Shown piece after piece: positions 47,127 to 56,091 of a stretch of DNA of 64,000 nt (positions are counted from its first letter, which is position 1; each line of letters opens with the position of its first letter). The notes beneath the pieces were generated by a model. It was given only the letters and a program-made list of their open reading frames with translations, was not told the DNA's origin and ran no database searches. The DNA is from Nitrospirota bacterium (GTDB lineage: Bacteria; JACPQY01), in contig JACPAV010000025.1 of the NCBI GenBank assembly GCA_016180645.1, positions 1 to 64,000 on the forward strand. Direction: 5' to 3'. Made by a program: the position numbers and the translations under genes.

Positions 47127-49076
47127 ATGACGAACGCCGCACAACCCACTCCCCCAGGACCAATTCCGAACGAAGTGCTGGGTGAACTTCTGCAACACCA
47201 GTCGCTGGTCGGCCTCTACATGCTTCAAGGCGCAAGATTCCGGTATGCCAACGAGAGGATGGCGGAGATGCTCGGGTATTCCCTCCAGGAGCTCCTCGAC
47301 ATTCCCTCGTTCATGGAACTGGTTGTCGAAGAGGACCGTTCCCTCGTTGCGGAGAAAATGCGTCGGAGACTCGCGGGCGAATCGGCCGCCGAGGAGTATG
47401 TCATCCGAGTTCGGACCAAGAGCGGGGCGATCCGACACATCGAGGTCCACGGCGCCGCCACGCCATTGGACGGTGCGCGGGCCATCTTCGGTGTCGCCAT
47501 CGACGTAACGCCTCAGTGGGCTCTGGACGACTTGCTGAGTATTCCCGAAGTCGCCCTACGACATATCCTCGACCTCTCGAACGATTCGATCGCTCTCCAC
47601 GACATCGACAGCTTCGCCGTGGTCGAAGCCAACAACAAGTTCTACGAGTTGCACGGGTACGCCCCCGAGGAAGCCGGCAGGATAAGGATCGACGATCTCG
47701 GTACCAACCAGGCGCCCTATTCCAAGGATGAACTCCTGCCCATCATCGAGCGGGTTAGGGGGGGGGAGCCCCGGACCTTCGAGTGGCTCACCAGGCACAA
47801 GTCCGGCCGCATCTTCCCTGTGGAAGTAAGCCTGTGGCGCACCACGGTCAAGGGACGGGACAGAATCCTGGCCGTTGTCCGCGACCTGACGAAACAGAAG
47901 GCCCTTGAAGACCGGCTCGTGCGATCGCAAAAGCTGGAGGTGGTCGGAAGGCTGGCCGCCGGGATCGCGCACGATTTCAACAACAACCTGACAACCATCC
48001 TGGGGTACGCCGATCTTCTATCACGAGAACTGGAAGCGGGATCCGAACCGGGCCGCTACGCCGCCGAGATCAGAGATTCCGCCAAGCGGGCTTCAGCGGT
48101 CTCTCAGAGGCTGCTGACCTTCAGCCGGAGGGAACTCGTCAAGCCCGTGGAGCTTGAGTTGAATGCGGCGATTTCCGACCTCGAAAAGACATTCAGGCGT
48201 CTCATCGGCGAGAACATCGAGTTGCGGGTTACGCCCTGCATCGAGCGCTGCTGGATCAAGGCCGACCCGGGACAACTTGAGCAGGTGCTTCTCAACCTGG
48301 TCATCAATGCAAGGGACGCCATGCCTGACGGCGGGACACTGGCCATCGAAACCAAGAGGGGCATGTCCGCCGGCGCCGGCCCGGCGGCCGATCGCACCGC
48401 GCGGGAACCGTTTATCCAGGTGTCCGTAACGGACACGGGAACCGGCATGACGCAAGAGACCCAGGCCCGCCTCTTCGAACCGTTTTTCACCACCAAGGAA
48501 GAAGACAAGGGAACGGGGTTGGGGCTGTCTACAAGCCGTGAGATTGTGAGGCAGATGGGAGGCGAGATAAAGGTGTGGAGCGAACCCGGCCGGGGATCAA
48601 GATTCGAAGTCCATTTGCCTCAAGCACTCCATGCGACCCTCTCCACTCATCCGAAAGTGCATCCCGCCCCGCGGGGGGGGAGGGAAACAGTCCTTCTCGT
48701 CGAGGACGACGATCAGATCCGGGATCTCGCCGTTCGGTTCCTGCGGATGTCGGGCTACAAGGTCATCGAGGCGTGCGATGGAGTGGAGGCTCTGGAGTTG
48801 TCGGAACGCCATTCGGAAGCCATCGACCTTCTTGTCACGGATGTTGTGATGCCTCGCAAGGGAGGCTGGGAGCTGGCCGCCGAACTGCACGCATCACGAC
48901 CGGAAACGAAAACCCTTTACATGACCGGATATGTGGACAACGCCTTCATGAGCCAAAGGCTCGGCGAGTTGGGGAGGTCGCTGGTTCGGAAGCCGTTTAC
49001 GTTGGACGATCTCGGTCGCTCTGTCCGCGAGGCTTTGGGCGCCGACTCTCGGGATCGATCCTCGGAGTCTGCCTGA
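47127..49076 (+). CDS. Hybrid sensor histidine kinase (2 PAS + HisKA + HATPase + receiver)
   Basis: GIAHDFNN, NLVINARDAM, DTGTGM, FEPFFTTK..GTGLGL; C-terminal receiver TDVVMP. Confidence 0.95.
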   Translation: MTNAAQPTPPGPIPNEVLGELLQHQSLVGLYMLQGARFRYANERMAEMLGYSLQELLDIPSFMELVVEEDRSLVAEKMRRRLAGESAAEEYVIRVRTKSGAIRHIEVHGAATPLDGARAIFGVAIDVTPQWALDDLLSIPEVALRHILDLSNDSIALHDIDSFAVVEANNKFYELHGYAPEEAGRIRIDDLGTNQAPYSKDELLPIIERVRGGEPRTFEWLTRHKSGRIFPVEVSLWRTTVKGRDRILAVVRDLTKQKALEDRLVRSQKLEVVGRLAAGIAHDFNNNLTTILGYADLLSRELEAGSEPGRYAAEIRDSAKRASAVSQRLLTFSRRELVKPVELELNAAISDLEKTFRRLIGENIELRVTPCIERCWIKADPGQLEQVLLNLVINARDAMPDGGTLAIETKRGMSAGAGPAADRTAREPFIQVSVTDTGTGMTQETQARLFEPFFTTKEEDKGTGLGLSTSREIVRQMGGEIKVWSEPGRGSRFEVHLPQALHATLSTHPKVHPAPRGGRETVLLVEDDDQIRDLAVRFLRMSGYKVIEACDGVEALELSERHSEAIDLLVTDVVMPRKGGWELAAELHASRPETKTLYMTGYVDNAFMSQRLGELGRSLVRKPFTLDDLGRSVREALGADSRDRSSESA

Positions 49077-49200
49077 GGGCCTGACGCCCCCAGATCGGCT
49101 GCAATCGAAAACCAAATCAATGGTAAGCGCGGCCCATGCGATCTTTCCGCGGCGGCCGATTCCTTGTTGGTTTCCGGTGGAATGTTGGTCCAAAACAAGA

Positions 49201-49247
49201 GGCGCGGGCCCCCTGCGAGGATACGGGGGAGCGAAGAGGCCCGCGCC
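49201..49247. other. Intergenic hairpin
   Basis: ggcgcgggcc ... ggcccgcgcc, 10-bp arms; no clear U-tract. Confidence 0.5.
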
Positions 49248-49750
49248 GTAAAGACTTCTTGGGGGGATGATGCGTCTCCCCCACTACGGGCTCGATTCTA
49301 GTCCCGGCAGGTAAATTGTCAACTGGGGTGATGTCCTTACTCGCAGTGGTGTTGTGAGAACCGGAACCTCCTTATCGACATGGGACGATGGCCCGTCCCC
49401 TTCTGACCTTGGCGCCTCATCTTCCCGCAGGAAGCACTTTGTCTCTCTTTCCCGTCTCACGCGCGATTTCTTGGGAGAGGATCTTTGGAAGTTGTTTGAT
49501 GAGCGCCCAACGGGCCCGCGCCAGGAATTCTTTCAGCCCCATTGCATGAAGGTGGCGCTCTTGCCATCCAGGTAGAACGGCGTCCGGTCGGGGATCGGTC
49601 AGGTCCGGCGATCGGAGTCGGAGGCGATTGGACGCGAGGTGGGAGACGAAGGCCATGTTTCCTGTGGGGTGACTGCGCGCGTTTCGCGGAACCAACGCGG
49701 CAAACCGGCGGGATTGACGATGAGTTCAATATATGCTACACATTTACCCT

Positions 49751-51400
49751 ATGGTAAATATTATGCATACAGGCCGGCGCACTGGAAGGATTCCGGTCGC
49801 AGATCTTGAACAAGAGGCGGTAGGGGGGATCCTCCAGCTCATCTCGCATATCGGAGTCAAGGTCAGGCAGGACAGGAGGCCGAGGCGGGAGCGGGGGGGT
49901 GGGGGCATCGGGTGGGACCGCGTGCTGAGGGCCCGGCACGGGGGGGAGGAGGCCCGGATCGGGATTCGGATCGTACGAAGAGGCGAGCCGAGTGCTGTCC
50001 TCGAGGCGATCGGCGTGATTTCGCTCATCAGAAAGAGGCCGGGCGAGCATGCGACGCGGCCCATCATCTTCGCCCCGTCTCTGACGGAGCGGGCCATGGA
50101 GCTCTGCGACGAAGCGGATGTGGGCTACCTGGATCGCCTCGGAAACGTCGCGGTGCGATTTCTGAACGTGGTTGTGCAGAAGGAAAAGGAAAAAAGCATG
50201 CCCTGGCCCAGACGCGAGCTTCGGCATCTCTTCGCGCCCAAGACATCGAGGGCCATTCGGGTCCTGCTTACAGCCCCGGCCCGAGCGTGGACCCAGAAGG
50301 GGCTGGCGGACGAAGCGGACGTCAACATTGCCCTTGTCAACCGCTTGGTGAGACGGCTCAAGGTCGAGGGACTCGTCGCCCTATATCACAAGCGATGGAT
50401 CGTGACGGACCCGAAGACGCTCCTGGGAAGGTGGCTTCAGGCGTACGCCTTCGGGGACGCACATCTGAGCCTGCCCTGTTTCGATGTGCAAGGGGCGCAG
50501 GGACTCTACCGAGGTCTGCGGGATCTCGCCGAGAAGCGCGGGCTGCGGTGGGCCGTGACGCTCTACTCGGGCGCGAACATGCGGTCCCCCTTTACGACGG
50601 CGCAGGTCACGCATGTCTACATCGGGGGGGCGGACGTGCATGAAACGGCGGAGGCGCTCGAGTTGAGGCCGGTCGGGAAGGGTGCAAACGTGGTCCTCAT
50701 CGAGCCGGGGGATGAGGGTGTGTTCCACGGCGCACGGGAGATTGAGGGCGTTCCCGTTGTGTCTGATCTTCAACTCTACCTGGACCTGAAGACATCCGGA
50801 GGGCGGGCTGCGGAGCAGGCCGAGCACTTGGTGGAGAAGGGACTCGTGGCGGCCGCGAAAGAGTGCGCCGCCCCCCCCTTGGGGATCGTCCTGGGAGGCA
50901 TCCCTTCGGATGTGGGTGGAGAGGATGACGGCGCGCCCGGCGATCGGGCGGCGCAGGCGGTTTTGCTTGTCGAAAGGGAGATCGAGAAAACCATGACTCG
51001 GGGCAAGTCGCGGGGGAGTAGGAGAGCCGAATGGCTGCGCGCGACCTTGTGGCTCCTCCGCCTCCAAGCGGCGATGGAGGAGGACCGGAAGCATTTCCTC
51101 GAGTCGGCGGAGCGGATCGTGTCAACCGATACGGCGACCGACGCCTTGGAGGCGCGGGGACTCTTGGATGGAGCGCTGGTGTCGTATGGGCGGGCGCTGC
51201 GCAACGGCCTGAAGGCGAGGTGGGAGACGGATCCTCATGATCGTAAGCACTATCGGGCGGACTTTCAGCGGCAGCTGCGCCTTCTGTTGAACGTGGAGAG
51301 TCAGCCGACGTGGCTGAGGCCGTGGATCGAGCGTCTCAAGACATGGTCCGAAGACGAATCCCGCGGAGTGGGGGAGAAGGGCGATGGCGGAGCCGCGTAG
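49751..51400 (+). CDS. AbiEi-like (type IV TA antitoxin / transcription regulator) protein with C-terminal extension
   Basis: GYLD..GN, LFAPK.SR..R.LL, wHTH, LL..W..Y, GANV..P.D.GVF, VS..QLYLDL..GR..E.AE. Confidence 0.75.
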   Translation: MVNIMHTGRRTGRIPVADLEQEAVGGILQLISHIGVKVRQDRRPRRERGGGGIGWDRVLRARHGGEEARIGIRIVRRGEPSAVLEAIGVISLIRKRPGEHATRPIIFAPSLTERAMELCDEADVGYLDRLGNVAVRFLNVVVQKEKEKSMPWPRRELRHLFAPKTSRAIRVLLTAPARAWTQKGLADEADVNIALVNRLVRRLKVEGLVALYHKRWIVTDPKTLLGRWLQAYAFGDAHLSLPCFDVQGAQGLYRGLRDLAEKRGLRWAVTLYSGANMRSPFTTAQVTHVYIGGADVHETAEALELRPVGKGANVVLIEPGDEGVFHGAREIEGVPVVSDLQLYLDLKTSGGRAAEQAEHLVEKGLVAAAKECAAPPLGIVLGGIPSDVGGEDDGAPGDRAAQAVLLVEREIEKTMTRGKSRGSRRAEWLRATLWLLRLQAAMEEDRKHFLESAERIVSTDTATDALEARGLLDGALVSYGRALRNGLKARWETDPHDRKHYRADFQRQLRLLLNVESQPTWLRPWIERLKTWSEDESRGVGEKGDGGAA

Positions 51401-52241
51401 CCCGGAAATAACGCGGGCCTTGGAGGAGGTTCTCGTCGAGATCCTGACGCACCTGGGCCGGTACGCCGAGCACATGGTGGTGGTTGGGGGGATGGGTACT
51501 TACCTGCTCATCCGGGACCACGTGGGGCCGGAGGGATACATCGGGACGCGGGACATCGATCTCTTGGTGAATCCCTCGGAGATCCCGGGGACGGTGTATG
51601 CGCGGATCAGCGAGATCCTGTCGGACCACGGTTTCCAGCAGAAGAAGGACCTGCTGGGAAAGCCAATCCCAAGCATTTTCGTGCGGACCAAACTCCTTCC
51701 CGGAGAGGGCGTTTGGGACGAGGAAATCGATTTCCTGGCTCCCGAGTACGGGGGGTCGGGCCGGAAACGGCGGCATCAGCGCGTGCAGGATCTTCTGGCC
51801 CGCAAGGTTCGGGGTGGAGACTTGGCGTTGGAGGGGGCGATGACGGTCCCTGTGCGGGGCGTGCTTCCCTCGGGTGCGCCGCAGACAAGATCCATCCGTG
51901 TCGCTTCGCCTGCATCGCTTCTCGTCATGAAGGCGGTCACGTTCGGCGATCGGAAGGAGGACAAGGACGCGTATGACATTGTCATGCTTCTGCGCCATGC
52001 TCCGGGAGGGCTGGATTCGGCGGTGGAGTACTTCACGGTTCATGGCTCACACGGTTTGGTGAGGGAGGCCGTGCGAGTACTGGAGGAGGCGTTTGGAGGA
52101 TCGGATTCGATCGGCCCGGCGGGGGCGGCATCCAGCATGGGGGCCACCGGCCCCGAGGTCAGAGCCCAGGATAGGCAGTTGGCGTTCGAGGTGGTGCAGA
52201 GGTTTCTCAAGCGTATTTGGAGGGGCGGAGGAGCGCCATGA
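51384..52241 (+). CDS. AbiEii-like nucleotidyltransferase (TA toxin)
   Basis: VVVGG..GTRDID, IDFL, MKA..R...KDAYDI; overlaps the upstream gene. Confidence 0.8.
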   Translation: MAEPRSPEITRALEEVLVEILTHLGRYAEHMVVVGGMGTYLLIRDHVGPEGYIGTRDIDLLVNPSEIPGTVYARISEILSDHGFQQKKDLLGKPIPSIFVRTKLLPGEGVWDEEIDFLAPEYGGSGRKRRHQRVQDLLARKVRGGDLALEGAMTVPVRGVLPSGAPQTRSIRVASPASLLVMKAVTFGDRKEDKDAYDIVMLLRHAPGGLDSAVEYFTVHGSHGLVREAVRVLEEAFGGSDSIGPAGAASSMGATGPEVRAQDRQLAFEVVQRFLKRIWRGGGAP

Positions 52242-52539
52242 CTTGGATGGAGTGATGGGGGCCTTGCCGTTTTTGCGCGGCATGTTGGGCGCCGACTTCC
52301 CAGAGGGAACGCCCTCTCCCCATCCCAATCCCATCCAAAACCAAGAAGGAAAAAGAATCCATTGAAAGAGATTGCGAAGAAGAGGCCTGTTCCTCTGGGA
52401 AGCGTACACCCCGCAACATTTCCCCTGCCCTGTGGTAGGATCAGCCGGAGTGGAGAGAAAGAACGTGTCCCGTCAAACGGGAGGACGTGTCACCCCATGC
52501 AACGGGGCAAGCTGTCCCGCGTGATCGGAGGTCAACACA

Positions 52540-52743
52540 ATGATGACGGTGCCCAAGAAGGAATTCGTTGAAGGCTACTCCGTCTGGGTCGGCGACGACA
52601 CGCCGATCGATCTCAAGGTGAGAATTCTCGCCGCGATTGCGAGCTACCAGATGGGAATCAAAAGCATGGACAGAACGCTCAAGCTCTACGGAGAAAACTG
52701 GACCGCCCAGTTCGAGAGGGAAGGGGTGGTGAGATTGCAATAA
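52540..52743 (+). CDS. Small hypothetical protein
   Basis: GGAGG RBS; protein-like composition. Confidence 0.55.
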   Translation: MMTVPKKEFVEGYSVWVGDDTPIDLKVRILAAIASYQMGIKSMDRTLKLYGENWTAQFEREGVVRLQ

Positions 52744-52895
52744 CCATGGAACAGGGGCAACTGTTCAAACCCTCCGCCGACACGGTCCTTCCCACCGACG
52801 CGGAAAGCGAAGTGGAGCGCCCACTGCGGGATTTCGCGAAGATCCCCGCGGAATGATGCAGCCGGACTTCCATCCGGCCGCATACCATCGCGATC

Positions 52896-53228
52896 CTACG
52901 CTGTGAGGGATCCAAGGCCCTCCGGACCGGTCATGGTCTGGAGAGAGTGGAGAATGTCCTTGGGGACAGGCAGGAGCTTCCCTCCCGCGAAGGCAAGCGT
53001 GATGCGCTCGTAGTCGGGGTAGAGTACGGCCGTGTGGAAGGATCGCCGCCTGTATGCAAAGAACTCGTCCATCGCCACCTGGAGGACTTCCTTGGGATCG
53101 GGGGCGTGGATGGTGAACGCGACGCTGAACGGTCCGAGGTCGCGCCCGTGATGCCTGGCGGTGTAGGGAATCCTCACGAGGGAGCGAGCGGGCGCCTTCG
53201 CTTCGAGCTTCGCCATGGCGAGATCCAT
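52896..53228 (-). CDS. Hypothetical protein
   Basis: ORF with plausible codon usage. Confidence 0.5.
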   Translation of the reverse strand: MDLAMAKLEAKAPARSLVRIPYTARHHGRDLGPFSVAFTIHAPDPKEVLQVAMDEFFAYRRRSFHTAVLYPDYERITLAFAGGKLLPVPKDILHSLQTMTGPEGLGSLTA

Positions 53229-53386
53229 TGTAACCTGCCGACAGGGTCGGTGGAAGTGGAAAAGGGGTATTGCAACGGTTTCCGAAGTGGGTTACAAGTG
53301 CGGGGCTTTGCGACCTGCCTCCAAGAGTAGTTATAACCAATGGGGAGAGGCTGGAGCGAGAGCAATGGAATGAAGGAGGATGATTC

Positions 53387-53812
53387 GTGGCAAAACCAAA
53401 GAGAAAGAAAGCCAGGGGCAAGGTCATCCTGGCAGGTGAGTACGCGCGCAAGTCACTAGCCGCGCTCAGACCGTCGTCGATCAACGATCTGGTCAAGAAA
53501 GTGAAGGCCGTCACTGGGCGCAGACTCGCGTTTGCAACGGCGAAGGCCCTGTATCAGGAGTTCCGATCCAAGGTGGGCGCTTCGGCCCCGGCAGACGAAA
53601 GGCCGGCACCCCGGCGGATCCCTCGACCAACCCGTCGGGCGGTGTCACCACAGAACGGCGAGCAGTACTTGGTGGTGACGAGGGACCGGGGCTTCAGGCT
53701 TGAAGTCCTGCGCTACATGGACAAGGGGCAGGCGGAGAGAAAGGCAACCGAGATGATCGGAGCGGGGCGAAAAACGCGCGTCCTGGTCGCGAACCTGAGA
53801 GAGGAGGAGTGA
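53387..53812 (+). CDS. Small basic hypothetical protein
   Basis: GGAGG RBS; Lys/Arg-rich. Confidence 0.65.
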   Translation: MAKPKRKKARGKVILAGEYARKSLAALRPSSINDLVKKVKAVTGRRLAFATAKALYQEFRSKVGASAPADERPAPRRIPRPTRRAVSPQNGEQYLVVTRDRGFRLEVLRYMDKGQAERKATEMIGAGRKTRVLVANLREEE

Positions 53813-53813
53813 G

Positions 53814-53969
53814 ATGGCACAGAAAAAGCCTTTTGGCGGCATGACAATCGACTTTGGAGGCCGCAAAGAAAGTATTGAGAGCGTCTTCGGAACGGGGGCT
53901 CTCAAGCCCAGCGACATGACGAAGAAGCTCTGGTCCTTCATCAAGTCCAAGAAGCTCATCAGGAAGTAG
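53814..53969 (+). CDS. 51-aa SWIB/MDM2-like mini protein (absent from the ORF track)
   Basis: GAGGAG RBS; MAQKKPFGGMTIDFGGRKESIESVFGTGALKPSDMTKKLWSFIKSKKLIRK; ..KKLW.(Y/F)IK...L is the SWIB hallmark. Confidence 0.7.
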   Translation: MAQKKPFGGMTIDFGGRKESIESVFGTGALKPSDMTKKLWSFIKSKKLIRK

Positions 53970-54020
53970 TCGCCTTTTCGGTCCGAGAGGACCGCCGGGG
54001 TACTGAACCGATTCTCTGGG

Positions 54021-54338
54021 TTGAAGAGCACAAGTAAGAGCCGGCGGCGGCCTGTCCCCACCGCGCCGCTGGGGGCGGCTGGGCCGGCAACGAGGGAAAC
54101 CGTCGAAGCGCGGCTCAAGGCGGCGGCCGACCGTATGGTATGGGCTCTGGAGTCGGCGCTCAAGGTTGCGGCGGCGCCTCGTGACAAGCGGAAAGCGCGG
54201 AAGATTCTCCGGATAGCCCGCCACCTCAAGAAGAGCGCCTACAAGGCGCTGGGTGAAGTCGCGCCCGAGGTCGATCGTCCCACGCGAGTCGAAGGCTTCA
54301 AGAAGCCGCTCAAGGCGCTATCGCGCAAACTTCAGTAG
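54021..54338 (+). CDS. Small basic hypothetical protein
   Basis: Helical Lys/Arg/Ala-rich ORF in the same run; TTG start uncertain. Confidence 0.45.
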   Translation: MKSTSKSRRRPVPTAPLGAAGPATRETVEARLKAAADRMVWALESALKVAAAPRDKRKARKILRIARHLKKSAYKALGEVAPEVDRPTRVEGFKKPLKALSRKLQ

Positions 54339-54392
54339 GATCCGACGTCTTGGCGCGATCGGAAGGGATCGGGGCATTCCGCCGCTCAAGCC

Positions 54393-54456
54393 ATGATCCC
54401 ACCACCTGTCACCAAGTCGAAGACTTGCCTTTCGGCAGTGACAGGTGGTGGGATGA
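54393..54456. repeat. Repeat B, intergenic
   Basis: atcccaccacctgtcac...gtgacaggtggtgggat. Confidence 0.9.
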
Positions 54457-54742
54457 TTGACAAACCACCTTTCGTTGGTACGATGCAGTGACGGCATTGG
54501 GGGTGGAGTGATGACGATGAACACGCCGACAGAAGAGTCTGGGCGATGCGGATCCCGGATGACGGGACGCGCGTCCGAAGTGAGCCAAATCGGCCATGGG
54601 CGGAGTCGTTGGCGGAGGTTGGAGTGTCCAACTTCCGAGTAGAGATGCATGGCGCGGGCCCCGTTCGCTCCCCGTTCCTCGCAGGGGGCCCGCGCCTCTT
54701 CCTTCCTGACCCCGTCGCCCTCGCCCACGTGACGGCCTTCCC

Positions 54743-54949
54743 ATGAGAGCACACATCCTTTCCGGACCAAACTCCGCGACTTGGCGAACATGCGCGCGTT
54801 GCCATGTGACCCTGCTGGGCGGCGGTTTTCGCTGCCGACACTGCCGGATGCTCTTGCCAAGCCTGAACAGGCGGAGCGGCATGCTCACGTTCGTTCTCCT
54901 CGCACTTTCAACGCTCGCTGTAGCTCTGGCCTTACGCAGCCAGGGCTGA
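54743..54949 (+). CDS. Small zinc-ribbon membrane protein
   Basis: CARC..CRHC plus C-terminal TM; paralog at 60109. Confidence 0.55.
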   Translation: MRAHILSGPNSATWRTCARCHVTLLGGGFRCRHCRMLLPSLNRRSGMLTFVLLALSTLAVALALRSQG

Positions 54950-54961
54950 TCCCCCACCACC

Positions 54962-56011
54962 TCAGGGGCGCGACAAAAGATCCATGAACAGCTGCTTGAA
55001 CCTCTCTGTGTCCAGATCCTCCCAAACCGTGACGGGAGAACGCCCATCCGATTCCTGCAGGACGACGGTTCTGCCCCAGTCCTCCGACCCTGGGTCCGTG
55101 ACGATGCGGATGAACCGGGTGGAGCTTTTTGTGAGAAGAGAAGGATCGAGTTCGCACAGGATGCCGATCGAACCGTAGGGATAGAATCCTCCCGCCACGG
55201 CCTCCATGATCGAGAGCCACGAAGAGGCGCGCTCGGTGAGGAATTCGGCAAGAAGCGTTCCACTGGATTCGAGCCTCTCGAAATCGGCCCGCGTGACGAC
55301 GGTATCCATCGTGATGTCCAGGGGGACGAGGACCGCTCGTTGCGCGTTCCGGAGGACGTACTCCGCGGCCTGCGGGTCGAACCCCACGTTTGCCTCCGCC
55401 CGGAACCGGAGCGGCACGTTGCCCGCGACGTCCACGGCCCCGCTCACGATGATGAGTCTCCCAAGATTCCCCGCGAAATCCGGATCCGCCATCATGGCCG
55501 TTGCAATATTGGTGAGGGATCCCTGGGCGAAGAGCGTAATGGCCCCCGGATGCTCTTTCACAACCGCGACGAGAAACCGCGAGGCCTCCGTCTCCTCCCC
55601 CAGCCGGCTCGCCCGATCGGCGCCCGCGTAGACGGGGACCTTCGCGTGGCCGGCCACCGAGAGGACCTCTTTGGCCACACGGACTTCATCGTTCAGCGTC
55701 CCGTTCCCGAAGACGATCGTGAGTCCGAGGAGCCTCACGTCCTCCCTTCTCGTGAGGACGGCAATGTCGAACCCGTCATCCACCTCCGAGATCGGGGTGA
55801 GGTCGATCGTGGGATCGGAGTCCATCACGACGAGCCGCCGGTCGTCCGGAGCGTTCTCCTGGCAGCAGGTGAGAGCGAGAATTCCGATTGCGGCGCAAAG
55901 AAAGGAAGCTGTGAGCCGGTCACGCCAACGGCGTGCCTGCCCGGATGATCCCTGCATCGGAACGGCGCGGGACGGGGCTTCAGAACGCGCGTCCGCCGGC
56001 CGGCGGATCAT
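54962..56011 (-). CDS. Inosine/uridine-preferring nucleoside hydrolase family protein, probably exported/lipoprotein
   Basis: DSD..DDG, TIVFGN, VPVYAGA, GSLTNIA, AEAN..DP.AA, VPLD.T; start uncertain (56011 or 55957). Confidence 0.85.
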   Translation of the reverse strand: MIRRPADARSEAPSRAVPMQGSSGQARRWRDRLTASFLCAAIGILALTCCQENAPDDRRLVVMDSDPTIDLTPISEVDDGFDIAVLTRREDVRLLGLTIVFGNGTLNDEVRVAKEVLSVAGHAKVPVYAGADRASRLGEETEASRFLVAVVKEHPGAITLFAQGSLTNIATAMMADPDFAGNLGRLIIVSGAVDVAGNVPLRFRAEANVGFDPQAAEYVLRNAQRAVLVPLDITMDTVVTRADFERLESSGTLLAEFLTERASSWLSIMEAVAGGFYPYGSIGILCELDPSLLTKSSTRFIRIVTDPGSEDWGRTVVLQESDGRSPVTVWEDLDTERFKQLFMDLLSRP

Positions 56012-56091
56012 CCCACCACCTCCCACAGGCCGCAGAGCGGCCTCGGATCTAGCGGCTCGCTTGGCGAGCCGGTGGGAGGTGGTGGGATCAT
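56008..56091. repeat. Repeat B at a minus-strand gene junction
   Basis: Contains the stop of the 56088 gene and ATG 56011. Confidence 0.9.

Noticed and set aside
49354-49575. Possible transposase or gene remnant
   Set aside because: No motif I can recognise with confidence.
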